The notes: generated by a model not told the origin, from the sequence alone. A stretch of 64,000 nt of DNA from Cirrosporium novae-zelandiae (GCA_026023565.1 JAPETS010000055.1:62001-126000); one strand, 5' to 3'. Shown: positions 24,701-37,606, counted from the first letter of the stretch. Numbers and translations are program-made.

Positions 24701-25683
24701 CCTTGAGCTACCGCTACACCCGTCCGCTGTAGATCAGGGTCAACCATGTAACCCGGCACGCCCAGTCGCCTAGTCACCCAGTCACCCAACAATCAATTCA
24801 TTTGCAGCATGCTATTTTCTATCTTTCCTATTTGGAAAACCCATGTATAATCCCACACATTTGAATGGAAAACCCTTCTGTGTGAAATGTGCCACCCGTT
24901 TAGTAGTCAAGTCGTAGTCTTTTTTCCTTCATCCAATAGCCTGGCTAAAAAAGGGTCTATCAGATCCCCGTTTCGTAAACCACTGCTGCAGAATTCAACA
25001 GTCTCCACCGCTATTTCCAGCAACTGCTAACAACTGTTAATACATTGCTTCATGTAGCGAGAAGCGGCTACTTGCTGTCAAGAGATGTGATGCTAAGGTG
25101 CTATGATCCTGACATGCAAATTCAAACGCCTTCGACTGCAAGTGCGGAACTGGAGCAACACTGCATTCCTGTGACCTGGACGCCCCGAGCCGTCAACAAC
25201 CTCGACCATTGTTCCAATGCGCCCAATGTGGTTTGTAGGGATCTACTATTGATCGAGGCATCTGGAGAAAGCCATTTGCATGCACTTTCTCATTAGGTTG
25301 CTCTAGTCCTGATGATCCAACCTTTGATCCAGTTTTAATTCCTTTTTGCCGTCTCTTTACTTTACATTTTCCTTATCCGCAATCTATTATTCAAACATCT
25401 TTCCCTCTTCAACTCTACTCAGAAAAACCAAAGTAAACATCATATCAGTATTACTGAAACAACTCCTCTGCTACCAAACTACAAGCCAGATATACCCCAA
25501 GGGATCTAATCTATTGCGCTCAGCAGCATCTAATCGGTAAGCTGAAACAGGTGGCTTTGACTTGGCTGACACGGGTTGAAGTTGTGAATACGAGTGCTGA
25601 CAAGGTCATGATAGAATATTAACTAAGCTATTCACTCTTATCTCGACTTTCAATTCCATACACTATCACCAAAATTACCAAAA

Positions 25684-28600
25684 ATGGTCTTCCTCAGAAG
25701 AAGGTGGCGATCATCGCGATCATCATGGCCACCCAAACCAACCGTCGAAGATGAGGTTGATGCCTTGTCTCACGAGGTCATCAAAACCCCCAAATATGCT
25801 GTATCTGATAGTGGCGATGATGTGCAATCACGAGGGAGTATTGATCAGACGCCCATAATCCTCGACGTCGATCCGCCGATCACTACTCCATCAGCCACCG
25901 ATACCTCGTCGCAATTTTCCAGTACTCCATCTTTGCGAACCGAATCATCAAGCGAGACCTTGGAGCCCAAGACACCAGCAGATGAGAGTAATGATAGTCA
26001 AGACCTAAGATATGTCTGGAAGCCTGAACCAAATATTGGAATTCCCATTTCGTATGACGACCCTGCATCATCGAAATCAAGAACTTCGAAACGCCATGGT
26101 AATCGTGGGAGGTCTCCGAGCTTACACATCAACACTTCCATTGATCCAGAGATCAGCCATGTTGGTAATCTAAGGTTGAGAGAACCCTCTCCATACTCCA
26201 TATCTAAACCGGACAAAGCTATACGATTTTCCACAGAATCTCTTCTTTCTCCTGACACGCCAAGACAAAGGTCTTCACGGTCAGAGAAAAGACGTCCTGA
26301 TTCTGCTGTAGTTGAATCTCTACCTCGATCAGATGACTCGAGTGACTCCGACCATAGAAGAAGAAGGCATAGGCATAGCCACTCATTGTCGACAGAAAAG
26401 CAATACCCACCTCTCAAAAGTGATGAGCTGGATCTTAGGCGCTTTGCAGCTGCTTCCGAATTAAGAAAGCAGGCTGATCACCACGCTTTAGTGTCAGAAC
26501 GAGCATCCGAAAAATCCACTCGACATGGACATAGAAAAGCAAGAAGCTCACCGAAATCATCACCCCGAGAAGAACGATCCGACCCTCTCGAGAGTAGATT
26601 GAAAGACACGCCCCGTCCAACAATGTGGAATAAAACCAAACATTCTTCATTTCTTAAGTCAGAACGACCAGTTTTGACAACTAATCGCCATTCATATGAA
26701 AGTTCTCCAGTCACTGTGCATCAGGATTTCGATACGTCCTCTCTTAATAGGCCTTCAAGCTTTGTGTATTCAGAAGAAAGGCACAGGTCTAGCGTCGCAC
26801 CATCCCTAACAGACTTGCCAGAGAAATACGTCGAGGCCCGATTTGAACTGCCGCATGACGACGAGCCGCCGTCCGGTTATTCGACCCCCAAAGCATCTCC
26901 CCGAGATTCTCCAAGCACTTCACCAGCTTTATTAGATACACCACTAAGAGAGGAGAGTTCGAGGCGGAGTGCTACTTTGCCTATTTCAAAGAGCCGCTCT
27001 GAGCATTCCCCAAAAGACAATAAGCTAGCATCTTCAAATCCTCTCATTACGCTCATCGACCATGGTTTCCAACGATCTTGGAGAGCAGAGACATCTCCAC
27101 CGGAATACTACACAAAGCATACTATTGCCTCTGCGCCTCTGGAGCACCGAATTTCTATACCTAGTTCGCGGATTGAATCTCGCCATCCGTCACCAGCTCC
27201 AACATCTAGAACAAGTTCTCGGACGAATTCACTCTCATCAGACGATGGTCATAGCCATCACCACCATCATCATCGACGGGTATCAAGCCGAGGAATGCCA
27301 TTACAATCCCCACTGACCCAACAGTCGACGCGAGTTCCAAGCACCTCGTCGCCGACTCCCCCGACTAGCTCCGATGAGAAATCATTCAGCTCAAGCACCT
27401 ATTTACCTGATGCTAGAGATCTTCGTGTACGAGAGATTAATCGTGAATTGCATACAAATGCTCACTCACGCCCATATAACACGCAGCCCCTAGTTCCAAC
27501 CCATAGGCCGCAACTGCCACCGAAATCGCCATCCTATTCTTCTGACGAGAATTACGTCGTTCGATATCGGCCAGTCGGGTTACAAATGACAACCTCAACA
27601 TCCCCGAAATATCAAACAACATCATGTGATTATGTGACAGGATATCCAACACCGCCTTCTTCAGCAGATCAACTATCGAGACATACATCTAGTACCTCTA
27701 TTCCAACACAGCAACAAGAAATACTACCTAGCAAGCCATTGATGATAAGTGATCTGCCGAAGATGCCGCAAAAAGCTTGTGATACTCCGAGTGCTCTAGC
27801 ACAGACCAACGCGGATGGGTATTTCGCAAGCCATCATACCCCTCCTATGCACTATTCAGTGAGTGTCTATACACACAATGAACCAGAGCAGGAAGTCTAT
27901 TCCAAGCGTCTACCTTCAGGGCCGGTGACCCCGACCGTAGTAACCCCTGGACGGTCTGAAGGTCCATCACAATCCTTGGTTCCATATGGTACTACCTCGA
28001 TTTCGGAGCCCATCCAGAAGACCCCCAGCTCATCTCTACCACCATGTCCGAGAGCAAACTGGGCATCGGACGAGTATGACTGGCTCACACTTCCTGGCAT
28101 CCCTAACTTTGATGTTTGTCCTTCTTGTTATGAGCACTTGGCTGCCGCTGGCTTCAGACATGACTTCGTCCCCTCTCCACTCCGTCCTAGAGGCTACGAA
28201 TCCCGTTGCCAATTTTCTCTTCCTTGGATCCGCATGGCTTGGCTCCAAACCTTAAACTATCGTCGCCCAAACCTTGATCTCATCTACGCAATTGCCACGA
28301 ACTTCGTCTCATGCCCCCCATGCCCAGGGCGCCATGCAGATTGCCGCACATGGTATCGTATCCCTGATCCCGACAACGGTCTGTTAGTTCCAAACTTCGA
28401 CGTCTGTTCGTCCTGTATCGGCAACATTGAAATACTGATGCCGAGTCTCCGAGGCGCTTTTCGTCCATGTCAACATTTGGTAGGGCAAGAACGTACCTGT
28501 GATCTTCGCACAGATAGCAACCGCTTTGCCACGTATATCGATCTCCTCGAGGCCGCAGCCCTAGAAGCTCGTGCAACGCGCCGGCCCCCAAACCTTCGGC

Positions 28601-29037
28601 ACTTTGCTAATGCGGCACGCAAAATAGCCTCGATCCGTGAATGCCCTCGCGACGACATGCTACCCAATGCAGTTTGGTACCTTGCCCCCAGCATTCCAAC
28701 GCTTACTATTTGCGAGGAATGCTATGACAACTTCATATTTCCAGACGTCAACACACCCATTGGGTCACTGATTACTGGAACACCACATTTAGTTCGAGAC
28801 ACGGCGAGCTGTCAGATGTATAGTGAGAAAATGAGAAAAATCTGGACCGACGCGGTTAAAGAGAACGATGTGGAACTTTTGAGAACGGCATCTAAGAAAA
28901 GATGGGGGGTGCAAAAGTGGCTGGATGACAAAAAAAGGGATACTATGGAACGGGAGAATGAAGAGAGGATGCTGTACAGACTCGGGGATGAACGGAGGCT
29001 TGGGGGTAGAGTTGGGTGTATTGAGGAGGGTTATTAG
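25684..29037 (+). CDS. Uncharacterised 1117-aa Ser/Arg/Pro-rich protein with three C-terminal Cys-rich repeats
   Basis: Long single-exon ORF; low-complexity N-terminal ~780 aa, then three CP(R/G)...W...CxxC...C units. 5'UTR intron 25537-25614 (GTAAGC..GCTGAC..TAG). Confidence 0.85.
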   Translation: MVFLRRRWRSSRSSWPPKPTVEDEVDALSHEVIKTPKYAVSDSGDDVQSRGSIDQTPIILDVDPPITTPSATDTSSQFSSTPSLRTESSSETLEPKTPADESNDSQDLRYVWKPEPNIGIPISYDDPASSKSRTSKRHGNRGRSPSLHINTSIDPEISHVGNLRLREPSPYSISKPDKAIRFSTESLLSPDTPRQRSSRSEKRRPDSAVVESLPRSDDSSDSDHRRRRHRHSHSLSTEKQYPPLKSDELDLRRFAAASELRKQADHHALVSERASEKSTRHGHRKARSSPKSSPREERSDPLESRLKDTPRPTMWNKTKHSSFLKSERPVLTTNRHSYESSPVTVHQDFDTSSLNRPSSFVYSEERHRSSVAPSLTDLPEKYVEARFELPHDDEPPSGYSTPKASPRDSPSTSPALLDTPLREESSRRSATLPISKSRSEHSPKDNKLASSNPLITLIDHGFQRSWRAETSPPEYYTKHTIASAPLEHRISIPSSRIESRHPSPAPTSRTSSRTNSLSSDDGHSHHHHHHRRVSSRGMPLQSPLTQQSTRVPSTSSPTPPTSSDEKSFSSSTYLPDARDLRVREINRELHTNAHSRPYNTQPLVPTHRPQLPPKSPSYSSDENYVVRYRPVGLQMTTSTSPKYQTTSCDYVTGYPTPPSSADQLSRHTSSTSIPTQQQEILPSKPLMISDLPKMPQKACDTPSALAQTNADGYFASHHTPPMHYSVSVYTHNEPEQEVYSKRLPSGPVTPTVVTPGRSEGPSQSLVPYGTTSISEPIQKTPSSSLPPCPRANWASDEYDWLTLPGIPNFDVCPSCYEHLAAAGFRHDFVPSPLRPRGYESRCQFSLPWIRMAWLQTLNYRRPNLDLIYAIATNFVSCPPCPGRHADCRTWYRIPDPDNGLLVPNFDVCSSCIGNIEILMPSLRGAFRPCQHLVGQERTCDLRTDSNRFATYIDLLEAAALEARATRRPPNLRHFANAARKIASIRECPRDDMLPNAVWYLAPSIPTLTICEECYDNFIFPDVNTPIGSLITGTPHLVRDTASCQMYSEKMRKIWTDAVKENDVELLRTASKKRWGVQKWLDDKKRDTMERENEERMLYRLGDERRLGGRVGCIEEGY

Positions 29038-30790
29038 AGGGAGAGGTGAAACCGAATGAGTGAAATGAAGTGGGATTATAATGAACTAATGATGAGGCGA
29101 CGACTATGATGACAACTGCAGAATGATTGATGATAACGATCAACTCTGATAATGACAAGAGATTCCACACAATTCGAGGAGACATACTCGAATAACAAAT
29201 GGTATAAAAGACCGATTGGGAAATAAAATTGCAAAACATCATCTATAGGAAGACGACCAACGACCCACTAATTTTGTTCCTCGGGGACATGGGAAATTGC
29301 GACAAAGAGAGCCTTTGGGACGGGATGACAAATTAATTATTAATGTTATTGAGCAAAGCAAAGCAAGGTATTTTTCATTTGTCAAATGGAAAGGAAGGAA
29401 GCTGTATGCTTGAAAGACCTACCCACCTTATTATTATCTATTATCATGAGATTGATCATCCCCATATCCCATTACCAAGGCAGGCAGGAAGGGTGGCGGA
29501 CGTGCATATTTACTTTTCTTTTATTCTTATGGGATTTTGAAATGGAAGTTGGATGAGAAAGGTATATATATGGATGGTACTTGGTACCTGGGGTTATCTT
29601 AATACTATTCATTGGTATATGATATGTGTGTGTGATTAAGTCTGATGAAAGGAATAGGCTGATAAGATAGTTACTTTTGAGAGAGAGAGAGAGAATTCAA
29701 TTTATTCTTTTTTTTTTGGGGACTTGAACTTATACCTTTTAATGACCCTTCCTTCTGAGAGAGCTGGGATGGGTGATTTGTAGTGATGATGGTAGAAAAG
29801 GGGGGGGGGATGGTGTAGGCTGTAATCATTAACGCAAGTTACCTAGAGTTGGTCACCCACCAAAAATCTACCTCCTGCATCGTTCACTTCACCAGCGATT
29901 TGATTATTATTAATTACAATATATTTTTCATTTTCATTGGAATCTTAATGCAAGCTTCAACAAAATATTTAGTCAGAAAGTCGGTTGCAAACTCGTAGAA
30001 GTCCAGAAGCTGAGCGCAAGCCCAGTCACAACTGTAATAAGAAAATTCAGTTACGATCTCAATATCAGTACAACAACACGCCTCACTGGCAACAACTTCA
30101 GTCAGAATTTTTTACTACACGACGTCCCAACAAGCATCACAATCTCAAAATATTAATAAAAAAAAATATATATATATAATTACAACAGTAGCTTTAATTT
30201 AAAAAAGAAATATACTAAATTTCCCCATAGCTCCAAGTATTAAAATAGAAAAAAACATATGTTGTAGTTCATGATAATAGGAAATGGTTAGTAAATTGAA
30301 GGATGCAGGAAGTAGATTTTTGGTAGGCGTGACTAACTCTAGGTAACTTGCATTATGTATTGTAAGGTGGATGGTCACGGTCATGGTTTTAACGGAAAGG
30401 GAGGAGAGGGGAGGAGAGGGGGGGGGATTTAGGAGCCCGATGGCTGGATAGATAGGTTGGTTGCAAACTACTATAACTCGATAGTATATATAGATAACAT
30501 ATTTTATATAGACTCAACTCTTGTCACGATCCTGACTAGAGCAAGAATCGAGAGAGGTGACGATGAGGTCTATTTCCAAGGGTCTTGGAGATATATGACT
30601 AAAAGGGATGTAAGTATAAGTCCATCAGCGTTGTAGGCTGCTGACCAAACCAAGAAACTGCAAACAATGCAAACAAAATAACACAGCCCTATCGCTAGAA
30701 AATATTATCCTTCCAACACCAAACGTCGCCATGAACCCATCATCAATAACCCTCGAAATTCCGTTGAGATTTTGTGTTCATTTTTTTTTT

Positions 30791-31348
30791 TCATCCTGCT
30801 TTTCTGGGTTTGTTGGTGATGCTTCTCGGTGGCAATTGTCCTGATGCTTCAGGAGAAACTGAATTTCCTGGTACGCATGGAATAGACATCTTCCGCTTTT
30901 GGACAGAGCTTGATGAGTCTGGCAACTCTGTCTCATATCCCATTGACTTATTCTGCGAGTTGCGGTTAATGGGGTCATGAGAGCCGTTCGAAAATGAAGT
31001 CTCGTTCATCTGATGTTGGCTAGAATCGGTACTGAAGCCATTATTTTGTGTGATAGCGTTTGGGCGGTGGATATCGGATTGGGCTAAAGCCACGTCCGGT
31101 GGTGGGGAGGGTGTGGTGCGGCTTGTAGTTTCAGGGTTGACCGTTAACTCATACCGGAACTGTGAAGATGAGGGGCTGCCAGATTGTGGGTGAAAAGTCA
31201 TCCATAACATGAACACATTAAGAATGATCCCAATGGCGGTAAGAACCGTCCCAAATACGCCAAAGATGACTTGAACATCACGGCCACTTTCATGGGGCTT
31301 GGCAGTTCTAGCCATGAGATTGTGAGATGCGAGAGGTATTGGAGGCAT
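30791..31348 (-). CDS. Orphan 185-aa single-TM protein
   Basis: ATG-initiated ORF with one hydrophobic segment (VIFGVFGTVLTAIGIILNVFMLWM) and a polar tail. No family recognised. Confidence 0.5.
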   Translation of the reverse strand: MPPIPLASHNLMARTAKPHESGRDVQVIFGVFGTVLTAIGIILNVFMLWMTFHPQSGSPSSSQFRYELTVNPETTSRTTPSPPPDVALAQSDIHRPNAITQNNGFSTDSSQHQMNETSFSNGSHDPINRNSQNKSMGYETELPDSSSSVQKRKMSIPCVPGNSVSPEASGQLPPRSITNKPRKAG

Positions 31349-33734
31349 GTCGGATACCGAGTCCGAATTTTTAGATGGATATGACTAATGATGGTGATGC
31401 AAAATACGTTATGGTATCGAAGCTATACTAGTCATAGTCAGGATAAAGGAAGACGGGTTATGCAATATATTTTACAAGCCAGTACCTAGGTATTTAGAAG
31501 AAAGCAAGCTTCATGTAACTACCACCCTCAAACCGAGGTAAAAAAAAATTAGGTCAAAATTGATAGAATGATTGAATAGAATGTAATGTCTTTTTCGAGT
31601 ACTCTTTAAAAAGAACAAAATAATAATAAAATTATTAAATTGTTGGGAGAGATAGATTCTCCCTCAAAGAGAAAAGATGTAGATATTTATAGGAAACGAA
31701 ATATACCCAAAATTACCTCTCCATGGACTTTTCCCGAATCCCAGTCAAGAACAGATCTATCAAAGTTCGGATAATAATTTTTTCACGATCCAAATGATAG
31801 TCTCGCTCAGAATGCCATCCGGGAACGAATCTTTTAGGATCCCAATCGAGCGATTTACGACCCCGCTATTTGCTACTGAAGCTGGTTTTTGTGTGCGTGA
31901 AACTTGGCGTTGACCACGTAGATAAGCTGAGCCATATAAAGCCAATAAAAGCCCATAGATGACTCCTTTGAGGCGCCTTGGATCTTTGGAAAGTTGTACC
32001 CTTTTCTCCTCGAGTCTCCTGGAATTCCAGCTACCCCCCAAGAGGCCACAAAGGCATTTTCTATCAGATCTACTGAAATGGCATCCTATTACGGTACCAC
32101 TTCTCTCGCTAGAGCCCCCCCCCTTAGATCCCAGACCTCAAGTGATCATATCCACCTAGCTATACGCTCAGATCTGAGCTCTCGTAAGAGCCATATCCTA
32201 GGTGTTGTAATACTTTTGCGCTTCATGTCATAACGCGTGGTTAGCTAGTCACCAATAAATTATTTGGCATAGATTGCTTGTCCCAAAGGCCCCAAAAGTC
32301 ACTTCATCGCTTTCATTCCTCCAAAAATCCTATTGGTTATAAGAACTTGGCCTATTATGCCAAAGACGCTTAAGTTACAGTCAAATAATCGACTCAGGTC
32401 GTTATCTAGCCCAGGTTGGTAAGAGGTTCGCAAACGAGGGCCAGGCAGAAAAAATGTGGTTTGAAATCACGTATTCAAATGTCCGCTGCACCCTTCAAGT
32501 GGTATCATGGAACGTCGCGTTATGCGATATCGTCTCCTAAACCGGCTTCCAATGTCGCACGCTTGCAGGCGGGGGGGTAAGGAATCCACCCTTTCGCTAC
32601 ATTTATAAAGCCATAGAGCCCGAAATGGTATTGTGCATATCTTGCCTGGGATTTATCTGACGTCTATTTTAGAGTCAGGTTAGCATAGATTCAGCCTTGC
32701 CTCTTACCCCCTCCTCCACACAATAGCCAGAAAAAGTTGCATTCATAAGTTTAATCCTGTGGATATTTATGACTATACATTTTTTAAGAGAATTATCACA
32801 ATAGTATGTAATAATTTAACAACAATTTATTAATTTACTAGTATCAATTGCAATTGTTTATTATTATTGTGTTGTGGGGAAATGATGAAGAAACAATCTG
32901 TGACGATAAGCTGTCTTATCGGATCAACTAACTCAATTGGGGGGTACTTGCGGCTGTGCCCCTAGCCAATCTTCTTCTCTTGCTCTTGGTGGGTACGTGG
33001 TGGGTTTTCTCTGTCCTCTCTTGTAGGACGAACTGGCTGAAACCATGACGGGACCCGTGACGGCTGCTACCGTTATTTCCATTGACTTTGCGCATCACTG
33101 AGAATAAGGTGTCGACTAACCAGATAAGGCAGCCAATACAAAGCTTCTCTCCCTGCTCCCCCTGGTTATACTGGACTCCCTACCCACTCCGCTTGCAAAT
33201 AACCACCACAATTCATAATAAAAAAAAAACCCCCAAGTTAATCACTCACTATACACTAACCACAGATCCTAAAGAATATATTAGAAAAATATCCAAGAAC
33301 GGTGGTACCAAGTTATTCAACCAGTAAGTGAGTGGTACATGTACACTCTTCTAGGAGTAGAGCTAACTTTAGGATCCTTAATTCGAAATCTTCTTCACTC
33401 TCTTCACTAAGGGAGAGAAGGCTCATTCATCATCTCCCCTAATAATTTAACGAATGGTGTTATTATCTGTGTAAAAATTTAATCTCTCATGAAATTTTAC
33501 ACAGACACACAGACACATAAGGACATCTTTTATACCATCCTACTTCTGATAACCTAACCAACCCCTTGAGACTTTTAAAACCCCTTGACAATGACTTTTT
33601 TTCCCCCTAGCCTGATGATAAGAATAATAATACTGGTGGGGCTAGATATTTTATTTCTCATACATACATACATACATGTAAAAAAATTCAAAACAGAAAA
33701 GGAAAAGATGTTTTTTGAGAAGTTTTTTTTGCTG

Positions 33735-34841
33735 TCATCTTCCCCTGGAAGCGGAACCATTTTCGTTCTCGTCCGATCCGAATGAAAAGCTGTCAAAGTC
33801 GTTGTTTTGGGAGGAGGAGGAGGAGGGGGAGGGGGGGAATGGTCCTCGGCCCATTGCGCGGGCGCGGACGACGTCCCAGGAGGAGATAGGGGGTCTTTGT
33901 TGGGGTTGGGGCTGGGGTTGGGATTGACCCTGAGTTTGTGGGGAGGGATATTGTGAGGAGGGTTGTGGTTGAGGCTGTTGTTGGGGTTGTTGGGACCGGG
34001 AGTAAGGCGACGAGGGAATCATTGGGGCGGAAGAGTCTGGGGGTAAGAAATCATCATTCCCGCCAGCAGTCGGGCTGGCGTCATCATCCCATGAATTATT
34101 CCCTGACCTCTGCACATTATCGGGCTGTCTCTGTTGACCCTGCGGCTGGGGAGGATTTCCCTTCATCTGCTCCATCTGCCTCCTCCTCGCCTGCATCTCC
34201 TCCATCTGCCTCCTCCTCTCCTGCGTCTTCTGTATTACCTTCTGACTTAGACCCTGCTGAAATTCCTTTAACCTCTCGTCTTTGCCTATTTCGAGTCCTA
34301 AATGTGCCGCCGCGTAGCTCTTGACCAGTAACCCACCTATGTAGAGACCAAGTCCCCCATACATGGTCCCCCGCAAGAAATGCCACAAGTACCGCACCTG
34401 CGGTCCTCTTATCCACGGTTTTTCAGGAGAGGGAAACACTTCTGGGGAGAATTTCTGTGCAGGCGGAGTAAAGAAGGGGAACCGATACGTGCTGGCAGTG
34501 TTATAGCACAACCATATTCCCAGGGCGAGACCCACCGGTCTCCCGGTCGAACTCGTGGAATAGCAGTTCGATATATGCTTAGCGAGGGCCTCGGTCTCCG
34601 CTTGCGTTGGAAACCGGCCAAGGACTTTACTGGACAGCTGTAAATTTTTCGATAACAGCCTTTCAAGTCTCGAGCGGGAGTAGCCGAAGAGAGGGCCGAC
34701 AATGGGCATGGGCTGGGCGAGTTTGTTTACGACTTCGGGGGTGAGGCCATAGGCCTGAAGGCTCCTGGGGTCGTCGGGGTTCGTGTTGGTGTCGGTGTCG
34801 GACCAGGAGGGGTCGTCGGAGTAGATATCTTCGAGGACCAT
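33735..34841 (-). CDS. Hypothetical fungal membrane protein with Gln/Pro-rich tail
   Basis: ORF from ATG 34841 (an upstream exon is possible); two hydrophobic segments flanking YRFPF, a coiled coil, DDASPT, and C-terminal SSWDVVR. Confidence 0.75.
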   Translation of the reverse strand: MVLEDIYSDDPSWSDTDTNTNPDDPRSLQAYGLTPEVVNKLAQPMPIVGPLFGYSRSRLERLLSKNLQLSSKVLGRFPTQAETEALAKHISNCYSTSSTGRPVGLALGIWLCYNTASTYRFPFFTPPAQKFSPEVFPSPEKPWIRGPQVRYLWHFLRGTMYGGLGLYIGGLLVKSYAAAHLGLEIGKDERLKEFQQGLSQKVIQKTQERRRQMEEMQARRRQMEQMKGNPPQPQGQQRQPDNVQRSGNNSWDDDASPTAGGNDDFLPPDSSAPMIPSSPYSRSQQPQQQPQPQPSSQYPSPQTQGQSQPQPQPQQRPPISSWDVVRARAMGRGPFPPSPSSSSSQNNDFDSFSFGSDENENGSASRGR

Positions 34842-35555
34842 GGTGGAAACTTGGGGCACTGGTTCCGGCGGGGTCTAATGAGATGGGAGTATTGTAGTTA
34901 AAGCTTGAACTGCCACAATATTGAATAGTTGAATATCAATTTGTAGAAGCTGGAGAGTTTGAGAGGAGAGGGTGCCAATCTGCGAGCTCCAATTGGAGAC
35001 CTCCGTTGAAAGAAGAGGGAATGATGGAGATAACAAGTTAAGGTGGTTGTCGTTAAGGGCCTCGATTGATCCGTCCGTTGCAGTGCTACAAGGGCACGAA
35101 GGGCTTTTGGTGTTGGTGGAGTGACGTACCGGCCGATACAGCCTAACCTGGTCCGGTACGTAAGTGGCAGTCTATTTCGGTTACACCTCAATCCCAACTT
35201 ACCAACTGATTCGACAGCAGCTATTCAACCACCACAAATAACTCACAACCACTGCGAACTCGGATTATTTCTGACATTTTATTTGTTTTCGGATTATTTT
35301 CGATCAAATATATTTACTTGTTCTACGTTTGGGTCGTCAGCTTTCGTTTTCGAGATGCGGAGAACCGAAAGTTCTGACAGACTCTCTATCACCTCTCCGT
35401 GAAGTCACTGTCACGTCAAGCAACGTTTTATAAAAAACAATGATAGAGTTCTAAGAAGAGATGATTCAGTAACAGCAATTGATATTAACTTCCGGAAGTG
35501 AACTATATTTTGAAGGCTTCCTTAGGTCTAGGAAATCACCTTCACGCGACAAGAC

Positions 35556-36856
35556 ATGCCCCGAAAGCTTCCTTGGCTCCAAAGCGACCAGACGGGAGCA
35601 TCAAGTCCTGACGAGTCAATAAGGACCGTCAAGAGACGCCGCGTTGAAGATGATTCTTTGAGTTCTGACACTGCGAGCTCACTTTCTCGACACTCTAGAC
35701 AGCGACCTGGTAAGTGGAACCTCATTTCGACGCCTTCAGAGCTAATACATAAATGCAGGCCGCGAGCCTTCTACTTCACCTCCGCGAGAGCCTCCAGGGG
35801 AGGAGTACGTTGTCAACCTCCTAACCGGTTCGAACGTGGATCCTAACGAATATTAGGTTTATGCGAGATGGCATCGAACAAGATGACCTCTACAGAATGG
35901 TCGAAGACGAGTTCCTAGCAGTCGCCCAAAGTTTTACCCAGCACTTACATCATGCCGAATACATAAGGCTGAAAAATCTCATCAGCGCCGACAAGCAATC
36001 GATGATTGATGATATTGCCCGACCGACGGACAACATTACGACTATGCGCGCGCAACTCCAAAAGAAGAATTTGCGAGAGGATCGTGCCGCAAAGACCAAG
36101 GCAGCTTTGCAGAAAATGGGACTTGCGACAGACAAGAAAAACAATGAAGATTCCGATTTGAGTGACGATGAAGGGCTATGGGATGGAACGGCCTTGAAAG
36201 GATTCATGACTGGTCCTCGTAAGACGCAGGCTTCACTTACTGGCTTGCATGGAATCAAATCAGCTACTCGGGCAGCTGCGGGATTTTCGAAGGCTCAGAC
36301 TAAGCCGTCACCAACTAGAGTAAAACAAATCCATATACGTGCCGGTTCTTCTAGCGTCCAGGACACCATTTCCAAGTCGTCAAAGTCTCGGCGTCACGTC
36401 AATTTTGCCAACGAAGAATCGACCACTGGGGACGATGACGATCTGGATGATATCGCTCCATGCCGTATTAGACAGAGGTCGACGGTTCCTGTTAAGGTCG
36501 AAAAAGAAAGCCCCCCAGCAGCCCGAACGATCTTCAAAGGATTAATAAAAGCCGAGAGCCCAGACCCCGAGGTCATCCCAAGTCATGATCAAGATCGTTC
36601 TCGATTTAATGCTGGAAGTAAAACCTCCAAAGCACCAGGTCGTGAACCAATGTCAAGCCATAGACCTACTTTCAAATTCGATCTGTCAGACGATGACGAT
36701 GAAGATTCTAAAGTATTTACTCGACGCCCAGCTCTGAAATCTACCTCTAAACACTCCATAAACGGGATTAAGTCTACTAGAATTAAACATTCACCGGACC
36801 AAGGCGAGAACAAGAAGAGGGATAGAACCCAAGAGATTCCCACTTTTCTTGTGTGA
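35556..36856 (+). CDS. Conserved-looking fungal hypothetical protein (MPRKLPW...YRMVEDEF), 3 exons
   Basis: Introns 35710-35758 and 35805-35856 join MPRKLPW, EPSTSPPREPP and DDLYRMVEDEFLAVAQSFTQHLHHAEY in frame; ends EIPTFLV*. Confidence 0.85.
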
Positions 36857-36991
36857 AACTAATATGCGTATTGGACTGTTTATTTACTTTGTGGGACCAT
36901 GTTCATTCGTCATAAATTCATTGGTAACAGCCACTTTCTCCCCCTCCGGTGTCCTCCCCCTCCTGTTCCCCCTCCCCGCCGACAGACGAAC

Positions 36992-37501
36992 TCAGTTGCC
37001 GGCCGTAGCCGGACCGGACTCCCCCCCGAAATTGGGGGCTCTGCTGAGCCGGATACTGACGTTCCGGAGAGGAATCGTCACCATCTCACGTCTGGGCCGC
37101 CTAGACCCCGTCCTCCCCTCCCTGGCCATGAGGGCCGATCTAAAATTCAGAAGGATTGGTTAGCATCAAGTTATATGAATTGAATCACTTAAGGATGCTT
37201 CAAGTTTTCGATACAATTCAAAGGATCAAGTAGATGAAAGCACTTACTCATCGTTGTCCATCCCCCCGATTGGGAAGCCCTCCTCGTGGCGGAAGTTGGT
37301 GGGGGCGCTCTATTAGAGGGAATACTAGTCAGCTAATTGCCTTTGGAGCCAAAACCAGACCAAAATAACGATCGATATATGAATAACACCCAGGAGAGCA
37401 AAGGGATCATCACTGAAACTTACGATCTTGAGTGGCTTCTTCTCTCCGAAGCAAAAGAGTCGGCAAAGCCGAGCCAACAAAGCCTTGGTCTTTTGACCCA
37501 T
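36992..37501 (-). CDS. 95-aa three-exon protein with N-terminal acylation signals and CRIB-like motif (not in ORF track)
   Basis: Exons 37501-37424, 37309-37248 and 37139-36992. Both donors are GTAAGT, branch sites GCTGAC and GCTAAC, TAG acceptors, phases consistent. Protein: MGQKTKALLARLCRLFCFGEKKPLKISAPTNFRHEEGFPIGGMDNDESALMAREG...PATAGN*. Confidence 0.75.
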
Positions 37502-37606
37502 TTTTATTTTGAGAGGTGTTTCGGTATGGGTATGTTCAAGTGTCGTAAAAGGAAGTTATATAACGTCCGGTTATGGACGTCGAATGATTGACGGTGGATT
37601 GCTCTC

